From NCBI RefSeq assembly GCF_006345805.1, contig NC_043005.1, positions 59,954,001 through 60,018,000 of the forward strand: DNA of 64,000 nucleotides, given 5' to 3'. This DNA is from Octopus sinensis. Taxonomy: Eukaryota. Below are positions 54,221 through 64,000 of this stretch, piece after piece. The notes beneath the pieces were generated by a model. The model did no database searches, was not told the DNA's origin, and was given only the letters and a program-made list of their open reading frames with translations. Position 1 is the stretch's first letter. Each line of letters begins with the position of its first letter. A program made the translations under genes and the position numbers.

Positions 54221-54952
54221 TGTTCAACTTGTTGCTTAATATGTGATAATTTGCAACGATATATTTGCGTCGCCGATTATCTGTAAACCACTCATCTAGT
54301 ACAGGGATGGAACAGAGATGCATCTAACTATAAAACAATCCATTCTTCCAGGAGGGTTCTACCTTTCTATGAAATAAGCATATTAATTATTTGTGTGAAT
54401 GTCATTTCGATCGGTATTCAGTACTCACAGAATACTTAAGTATTGTGGTGTATGGTTTACTAAGATTTAGCATATAAAGCATTTGGTGCTGCATTAAAGA
54501 CCATATAGAGTTTGAGAAAGATTTTCTTAACATATTGATCTCCTTGCGCTGTGGTAGAGGACAAAAGACATTGCCATTTTGTCAGAATACGTCAGTACAC
54601 AAAAATGACACAAACACAGAAATCACTGAACCACATATACATAAATCTTTAAAGTACACGATTACTTAAAAATGTAGTACGGTCTAGTATTATCAAATGA
54701 ATGTTTATGCGATTGGATTATGGCGTCTACTGCGGTACATGAGAGACATCTTTGTATAAAATTTTTGACGTACACTACACAACCTGAAACGCTATTCATT
54801 ATCGCGAACTCAGTATCAGCTGTGGTTTCCATTTAGTAAAACTGATTATGCACATACACATATAGACACACATATATCAATGTGTATGTCTACACACACA
54901 CATACACATATATATATACACATATAAATACATATATATATATATATATATA

Positions 54953-56100
54953 CTAGCATTATGACCCGTCGTTGCCGGGTCATAGTGCTAGTGCATGTAT
55001 ATATCTGTATATATATGTGTACATATTACATGTACATCTATATATATACATCTATTCATAAAATACAAAGTTATATCTTGATATCGCTGGTGATAACAAT
55101 ACTCAAAATATATAACAGACTGGAATTTTAAGCCCGTCTCTTGCAATTTCGATCAATTGTATCTTGTCCTCCCTCTTCTATAGAAGCGTGGCTACAATCC
55201 AGCCTACCTCTACTCCTGGGGTGGGGGGTGGCATTTAAAATTTTTATCCGGCACATCCTTCGTCCCAGATATAAAGGTAAAAATAAAATATTTCCACTTT
55301 ACAAGTTCGAGTACCCCCTTGCACGCTCCGTTGACTCGAACCTTGCATCTATTGTGGCGAATTTACCGCCTCTGATTAGATGTCTTTCATAGTCACACCA
55401 AGACACTTTTCGATGGTGCTTTCCTCCAGGTGTTCAAATCATTTTTATGTACATTGTATACTTTATAGACAATAGTCTTTTCTTTAATTTAATTTTTTAT
55501 TATCCATCTGGTCTATTCCATTTCTGCACGCTAATTTTATTTTTAATTTATTCCCATTCATGTGAAACCACTTATTCAAGTTCAAGTCATTGATGTAATT
55601 TTATATCAATTGCTATTTTTAATTTGTTATGTTACGATTATATTATACTTTAGTTTGATTTTAATTATTACTTACTACATATAATTCAATTGTTATTATT
55701 TTTATTGCTAAACTGAAAGTATCTGACATAAAATAGAGAAATGTTTTTGTTTCACTTTTAACACGTAATACTGAAATAGTGGAGAAGATATGATATTGCT
55801 ATGGGCTCACTCTAGGCAAGAAGTTGAACATTGTTTTTGCCCATGAAACTACATGGACCCTAAGTAAGGCATGTGTAAAATTTGAATGAAATTGTGTAGT
55901 TCTCAAGTTTTAGGGAATCGTAGTGGAGAAGATATGATATTGCTGTGGGCTCGCCCTAGGCAAAAAGTTAATCATTTTTTTGCCGATGATACTCCCCGGA
56001 CCCTATGTAAGGCATGTGTAAAATTTGAATGAAATTGGTTGTGCAGTTCTCAAGTTTTAGGGAACCAGACAGACAGACAGACAGACACACACGTTCTCAG

Positions 56101-56105
<5 letters not shown>
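54953..56105 (-). mobile_element. Non-autonomous Helitron (Lep1/DINE-like), 3' hairpin + CTAG, internal 144-bp tandem duplication and (CTGT)n
   Basis: Minus-strand 3' end reads acccggcaacgacgggtcataatgCTAG|T. The 5' region has (TGTC)n next to (TA)n. Duplicated units start at 55777 and 55921. Confidence 0.75.
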
Positions 56106-56154
<49 letters not shown>

Positions 56155-56156
<2 letters not shown>

Positions 56157-56517
56157 TATATAAAATCCGTTCTGACTGCCTCTGTGTGTGTGTGTGTCTT
56201 CTTGGATCTCGGGCATCCTCCATCCGATTGCGCTCAAATTTGATATATAGATACCAACGGTATCAGAGCGTGTATAATTCTTGAAAAAATTACAAAAATC
56301 GATTCCAGGTGAGAATGCGATCGATAAAGCATTCCTTGGAGTAGAAAAAAGTCTATCTTTATTTCTTCTTTTGCTGCTGCCTCAAAATTAGATTAAATCA
56401 GTGTTTCTCAAAGGGGAGGACTATGGGACGGTCGGGCAAACTGTTTTGAGAAAATTTGGTTTAAATGTTTGATAACGCACCACCGTCCTTTGGACGGGGG
56501 GGGGGCGTTTTGCTCGT
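56155..56517 (+). mobile_element. Second non-autonomous Helitron-like element (about 360 bp)
   Basis: 5' tatataaaa..(TG)n..catccgattgcgctcaaatttg; 3' hairpin aacgc..ccgtcc-ttt-ggacgg..gcgtt, then gCTCGt (degenerate CTAG). Confidence 0.6.
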
Positions 56518-58827
56518 ATATATATATATATATACACGCAGGTTTCTAATTATGCACACATATATGTAAAGAGAGCTAGGAGATATCTGCAAGCGGTACT
56601 TCAGTGTAGCTGAGGTCAGTGAATGAAAACAATAGAACATCGCATGTCCTTTAAATAGTTGAAGCCTGTAAATTGATATAGAAAAATACTTCTGTCAAAT
56701 TCCAAACCTCAATTGCACAGCGTTTTTTTTTTCTGAATTAAGCGAAGGTAGTTCGTTTTCAAAACCTTGGTCTAATTACAGTTGTATATTAAGAGATGAG
56801 GAAATATGCACATTATTTACATTATTTTCATTATTTATATTTGACGGATATTTGTCCTCATCGTGTTTGTTGTTAACACAATATTTCGGCTGATATACCG
56901 TCTAGCCTTCATTAGGTGTCTTGCGGAACAATGCAAAAACAACAAAAAATTCTTACACGGCCAAAATTTGGCAGAGCAGAAATTTAAAGCGCTGAATTAT
57001 GAAAACCGGTATATAACTGGTATTTGATTCACACTAATGGCGTGTATTTTAAATTCCAACAGGACTTGAAACTTTAAAGAGGAATAAATATCCTAATGAT
57101 CATGATGCCACAACTTAATAAAATGATAAGAATAACGAGTTAACTACTTTTGGATATACGCAATGTTTAAAAAGAGATAAAATCCGTACAAAACGATCAA
57201 ATCATTGACAAGTTGAATATACATAAAGTTCAAGGGAAACAGAAATAGCTAAAATGTGCTTGCTTATATCTTAGAAGGTGTTATGTCGCAATACTATACA
57301 GTGGCTGCGTGAGCTACGAAATCCTCGTGGCCACTGTTATATCGCCTGTTCGGATGCCTTCTACCTAACTCTCACCGCTACTCTGCTACTCAACTCTCGT
57401 CTGATGACGTCTAGACTTCTCCCTCTATATCTACGTATTGGGCTAGCCTACTTCATCGTCTGGGGGCGTCCACACGACAGAAGGATACTTGATTATAATA
57501 TTTTATTATTATACTCTACCCTTCCTTGTCAACTTGTTTCAACCTTATGTGTCCCATATGCATTACTGCTATGTAGTATTCATTACTTAACAGTGAAGGG
57601 CGCATTGAACTTTAACAGTTCCTTATAATTCCTTATAATTTCGGTAGAATTGTTCTCACGGAAAATGGTTTCCAACATTGTAACAACCTTGCGCAATTAA
57701 TTTCGTCCTTGGATTTTGTTATTCTGACGATCTATGAATTTCCTAGTTGAGGTTCACTTGCCAAATATGTAGTCATGAGGTGAAACAAAATATTGATTAC
57801 ACTCTGTGAACGACAAACGATTATAAAATATGCAGTACACCTAAGCATATAGAAAAATATTCATGTCTATTGACTGGTTTTAAAAATGCTATTCATCGAT
57901 ATATACTTTTATATTTTGATGTCTACATAAACAATGTTTATGATAAAGTTTGTTAAAACCTATATAGGAAACTAACTGGCTTATAAAGCAACTGTCGAAC
58001 ACAAGATTCCCGCGTACGTATATACACATAGATATACAAATATATATGCATGAATATATACATATAAATACTTATATGTGCATATAAAATATATAAATAG
58101 TATGATATAAATAGTTTATAATAAAGAAATGCGTGCGTCTATATGACATTGCTAAGCCATTGCGAGATAATATTTTTCCTACAAGTTTATTTTAAGTTTT
58201 TCTGGATATAATGTATTTCTGATATTGTATTTTTCAATGAATTTCCTGTTTCTGTCAACATAGTAAAATAATGATATACTTATCAAATTTCATTTTTCTT
58301 TTCCGTTTCTTGTAATATACACATTCTGTATATGTGTGTGTGCGTGTGGGTGGATGTGTGCGCGTGCGTGTCGTGTGCGAAAATAAATTCAATATTCACA
58401 TAATATGGTTAGTGCAGCATTGCATAAGGAAAATGGCTTCTATGTAACATTGAATCAGTTCCCTCAAAATGTATTAGAAGTTCCACAACTAAATTTTGTA
58501 GTAAACATGTGAGAATATAATAATCTATATGAATTTATCAGACATACGTGTGTGTATGTGTGTTAGAAATTATTACCTACATATAAATATATATGTTAGA
58601 GAAGAATAATTCAGTTTGTGTTATTATGACCTCATAAATTATATAATCTTTACACGTCTCTTAACAACCAACACTAGTATGTTGTGAATGTATCGTAATG
58701 TAGACGACTGAATAACAACAGTAAATTCTTACTTTAGAGGTAAGTAACAATTTACTCTTACTAAAATAGTGATATTATTTACCCCTTCCCCCGTCGTTTT
58801 GTTAACAGTACTAGGTTCGAACTCTGT

Positions 58828-59265
58828 TTTACTCTTTTACTCTTTTACTTGTTTCAGTCATATGACTGCAGCCATGCTGGAGCACCGCCTTTAGTCGAAG
58901 AAATCGACCCCGGGACTTATTCTTTGTAAGCCTAGTACTTATTCTATCGTTCTCTGTTGTCGAACTGCTAAGTTACGGGGATGTAAACACACGTCCCCGT
59001 AGCTTACCGATGTTGGGGGGACAACATCGGTTGTCAAGCGATGGGGGGGGGGGCAAACACAGACACGTAAACATATACATAAACATACATATATATACAT
59101 ATATACGACGGGCTTCTTTCAGCTTCCATCTACTAAATCCGCTCACAAGGCTTTGGTCGGCCCGAGGCTATAGTAGAAGACATTTGCCCAAGGTGCCACG
59201 CAGTGGGACTGAACCCGGAACCATTTGGTTGGTAAGCAAGCTACTTACCACAAAGCCACACCTGC
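58828..59265 (-). mobile_element. SINE family B, full-length, with tandem (AAAGAGT)n tail
   Basis: Homologous to 53780-54220; tail ttttactc repeated at 58828-58849. Confidence 0.9.
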
Positions 59266-59594
59266 AAAGTTGAAAGAACATTATGTAGCAGTTTCGGAAA
59301 TTAAGGTTATCAATTTCATTTGCAAAATAATGATAGAGTGAAGGAAAAGGAAATATTTTAGTTTGGATGTGTAATGAAACAAAGGGAGCTTCGTTAAGTA
59401 AGACGTTATTATTTTAAACCTGTGCACATTTGGGAGGGAGATACAGTGTCACATAGTGATGTAATCTGTGATACCTGTCGTGGTTACAGTTTTGGAGAGA
59501 ACTTATTTCTAGACAGACGTTGTTAGCAGGAAACGAAAGAAAGTGATGTTTAGAAGGCATAAGTGGTTTTAGAAAGCAGGAATTTATTTTATAT

Positions 59595-59597
<3 letters not shown>

Positions 59598-59639
<42 letters not shown>

Positions 59640-59649
59640 GTGATGATGG

Positions 59650-59694
<45 letters not shown>

Positions 59695-59801
59695 CAATAG
59701 CAGTAATCTTAACTGATTGGAAGTGTTATCATGTACATTTCGTCTTGGTGTAAAAATGATGGGCTACAGCAAATATTCTAGTCAATACTACAGACTTGCT
59801 T
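59598..59801 (+). mobile_element. (AAT)n(GAT)n array followed by a near-5' fragment of the (TAA)n-associated element
   Basis: atcttaactgattggaagtgttatcatgtacatt...gggctacagcaaatattc from 59706 matches 20965-21060. Confidence 0.8.
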
Positions 59802-59899
59802 CTCACTTGCCTGAAAACACCTCGTAATTGTCGCTCCTGAAAACACCTCGTAGACGCTGAGATTGGTGCCGATCATTTATAGTTGGTTCTGATCCGACA

Positions 59900-60245
59900 C
59901 CTCAAAGCCGACAGGCATCTCCCTCATCGTAGCTTACTCGGGATGCATCTCAACGTCTCCAGTTTGTGCATTAGTGGCTCGAGAGTCTGTACGTACAAGA
60001 GAGACGGGTGGGGCAACCTTCCGTAACCGCGTACATGATGTTGAAAGGCTCTGAGAAGTGACCGCTCACTCTGACCACCAGATACCTGTACTGTACATTC
60101 CCTCACTCCCTCCGTAAAATTGACGTTGCCTGAAATATTGCACAGTGTACAACGCGTCAGGTGTCGAAGTAATCTTAGAGCAATGTCAGATGAATTGTTT
60201 TGCTCAAGAGCAAAAAGCACCACCCGCTCTAAGAATTGAAACAAC
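59900..60245 (-). mobile_element. Second L1/Tx1 RT fragment
   Basis: ORF 59924-60253 ends SLLYVQTLEPLMHKLETLRCIP, homologous to the 18940-19060 region. Confidence 0.65.
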
Positions 60246-60294
60246 GATCTCACGATCGTGACTGCAGCATCCTATCCACTAGACCATGCTTCAA

Positions 60295-60363
<69 letters not shown>

Positions 60364-60504
60364 GGACACGCGCGTGTGTATGTAACTATGTGTGTATGTT
60401 CGTGGATGCTCACCTGCGTGTAGAAGCAAAGATACACTAACATAGCGATTTTGCATCTTGTATTGACATTTGGTATTCTGTTTTTGTTTCCTACTTTTGT
60501 CATT

Positions 60505-60700
60505 AGGCCTGAAAATTGAAGGGAGGAAGCTGGTCGATTTCATCAGCCTCAGGGCTCAATTGATGTTTATGTTATCGGTGCAGAAAAAGACGAAAGGCAA
60601 ATGGACTCCAGAAAAATTTGAAATTAGAATGCAAAGCCTGAAGAAATGTTGCTAATCTTTTTTATACGGCGTGCTAAAGATTCCGCCACCTCACCAGGCT
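60505..60700 (-). mobile_element. SINE family A, diverged
   Basis: gacgaaaggcaaatggactccagaaaaatttgaa..attccgccacctcacc is the reverse complement of the family A head and body. Confidence 0.6.
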
Positions 60701-61233
60701 ACTTTAGTATTGTACATTGTGTTTGTTAGTGCATATGATAGCGTTTTCTTATTTTGATCATAGGAAGAGAAAGTACAATTATATATGTTTCAATTGGTTC
60801 TTCTGTTTGATTTTTTTTTCGCTTTTCCTTCTATTTAATAAATATACAGCCATCTTTTTGGAAGCTACTTAATTATTAATATGCCAATGGAAACAAATAA
60901 ACGTTACAATATGAATTATTTAAGCAGGATTCCGTTCGTTGGTTTAGTGGTACAGTCGTCGATAAAATAAAAATTACCCCACTGGCATTTTTGCTGCTGC
61001 CGCTGACTTGTGCGTTTCAAACATAGAACTATAAAACAAGTGAAATTACGTATCGGCCAAGTTTATACCTTTTCATAATGTAGACATGGTTAAGCTGTAT
61101 ATATACATACGTAAACACGTGGCCATAAATGTCCTTCATAACTTTCATAATTTGTTGTGTCTATTAAATTTAAGATCAATCAATTAACTTTGGATGTAAA
61201 ATAAATATTATTAGTTTTACTTTATGTACTTAT

Positions 61234-61832
<599 letters not shown>

Positions 61833-61875
61833 AAGGTTAGAAAACGCTTTTTTTGTCTTTAAACTTTTAATGAAA

Positions 61876-62605
61876 ATGAAAACACCACAACAGAAAGTGC
61901 AATGTGTATTTTGGTTCATAGATACCATATCAGCCACTTAGGTCCAATAGAATTACAGTACAAAGTAAGGAAAAGAAGCATCAGCACATTTGTGAAACAT
62001 CTGTAAATGACTTGAAGCGAATTCCAGTAGTTCTACTAAGTACATTTGTACTGCAAGTAGACAATTACGTTTAGTCCAATTGCAACTTTTATAGCTACTC
62101 AAATCAGATGGCAAACCTCAAAGGAAACAATTTGCAGTGGACCTGTTAGTTCGATTAAATGAAAATGAAGGCTTTTCTGGAAAGATTTGTTTGAGTGATG
62201 AAGCAGCATTTCATGTATCAAAAATGATATATAAGCAGAACATCAAGGTGTAGGTTTCGGAAAAAGTCACGGTGTTGCATCTATTTGACAGAGTAATCTG
62301 CCTAATTTTCTTTGCTGACGAAACCAATATTTCAGTACTCAGCTTTATCTTGTATATACATTTGTTTGACTGTAGCTGTACCACTAGCAACCAACGTTTA
62401 TTATCAGTCAAGATGGTGCACCGCCCTATTGGGGGTCAAGTGCTTGATAGTTTCTTTATGAAGGGGAAATCTGTTTCTCTGACTACCTCGGTCACCTGAC
62501 GTAACTTCTGTTTTGTTTGCCCAAGTTTTAATCTGTTGAGTTATTATTTTTCATATTTCTTTCTGATTTTTTCAAGTTGGGATTGCAATTTATGGACACC
62601 CTGTA
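61876..62605 (+). mobile_element. Tc1/mariner-superfamily transposon relic with a TA-flanked terminus
   Basis: MKTPQQKVQCVFWF..SAT.VQ; RKQFAVDLL...KICLSDEAAFHVS; ends ttatggacaccctg|TA. Confidence 0.75.
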
Positions 62606-63035
62606 TATTTGTGTCTCGAGAATAATTCTCGATCAAAATTTTTCACATATTTAGCCACCTTAGCTACCAAACTTATAAAATAGGCATGTTAATGGCTGGT
62701 TATTCAAGCCATATAAATACTTTCAATTTAAATGACAGGTAGAACAACGTGACAAAATTTTATATGAATTCCGCCTATTCGATGTCACTGAAGAATCATG
62801 CATTGACTCGAGTTTAAAGCACAAGACACTTGATACCATAGCATGCAATTCAATCCTGGACATTATGAAGAAACCAGCTTCGTAAACTATTTTGAATGCT
62901 CTGCTGTAATACATCTACATAAATACATTTTAACCATATCAGTCACTCTTGATTTTATAAGCATGTGTTTCTATACAAACACACACACAATACACACGTA
63001 GCACACACACACCTATGTACATACATATATATATG

Positions 63036-63174
<139 letters not shown>

Positions 63175-63846
63175 ACGGATAGATAGGTAGATGCGTTAAT
63201 ATATGAACAAAGCTTAGCGAAAATCAGGAATGCAAAGCTAAATATTCGATATCAAAGCATGCTAAAATAAAAATCTGAGTGAGCTGCAGGTCAATTGTGT
63301 CATATTACAGAAGAGAAAAGTTCCACATTCACACATGCATCAACATTAAATAAGACAGTGTTTCTTCCATATTTCAAAGAATCTTCCTAAAAGCTAGAAT
63401 ACTTAAATGCTTTTCTTTTACATCTAAATTATTTTATGGAAGCGATACTTGTTAAAAGTAACCTTGGTTCTCTTATCTTCAGTAAAAGGCAGCGCGCCTC
63501 AGCATTTCAATTCTGACTTTCAAAAAATCTTTCTTTTTATCTATTGAGCTGTGAAAACTCTTTGAGCTACCTGGAAAAACAAAACGCACAGCGAGATACC
63601 TATAATCAATATCAGTTATTCGGAAGAAGGCAATAACTTTTTGAGCGGAGCATATTTTTATTGCAGCCTTTGTATCTTATGTCAGCACACTTTAAACTGA
63701 ACTACCAATACGCAGCTAAAGACACGAAGACTTACACACATATATAGACAAATGCTAAGAGGCAGATATAGAGTTATGCGCATAAAATTATGCAAACCAA
63801 AATGGAAAATTATACACGCGTTTACATTTGTAAGCGTGATAACATA

Positions 63847-64000
63847 TACGACGGTCGGTTGAAAAGTTCATAAGCTGACTGAGATGCTCTCAGGGAATGT
63901 GACCAAACGAGGTTTATTTTTCACACTCTTTTCCTTGAGGTCCACACACTTATTCTATCAGCGCTGCGATGCTTGGATACCATTGCTGAAGTAGCCTTTA
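63847..64000. mobile_element. Mariner-like terminus running off the right edge
   Basis: TA followed by cgacggtcggttgaaaagttcataagctgac resembles mariner TIRs. Confidence 0.5.

Noticed and set aside
57270-57620. GC-richer block starting TGTTATG as a possible solo LTR
   Set aside because: No second copy, target-site duplication, PBS or PPT identifiable in the window.

Overview
This is an AT-rich eukaryotic window saturated with microsatellites and mobile-element debris; I can support no host protein-coding gene. Nearly all ORFs in the supplied track are read-throughs of simple repeats. The repeat repertoire resembles octopus (cephalopod) DNA, which is my inference from memory and not a database result. 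Recognisable content: (1) R4/Dong-clade non-LTR retrotransposons (RT + CCHC + RLE) of at least two ages, with the young copies sitting inside (TAA)n tracts; (2) a roughly 480-550 bp non-coding element with a shared 5' start that also sits in (TAA)n and forms a co-oriented chain with Dong at 20.6-25.2 kb; (3) L1/Tx1, RTE and CR1 LINE relics; (4) four tRNA-headed SINE families; (5) Tc1/mariner relics; (6) two head-to-head non-autonomous Helitrons; (7) a minimal type-I hammerhead ribozyme fold at 38.0 kb; (8) several fold-back or inverted-duplication structures, including a roughly 396-bp-arm near-perfect palindrome at 44.1-45.1 kb. The best candidate for an undescribed system is the (TAA)n-targeting pair of Dong and its putative non-autonomous passenger. 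Coordinates were read by eye and relic boundaries are approximate.
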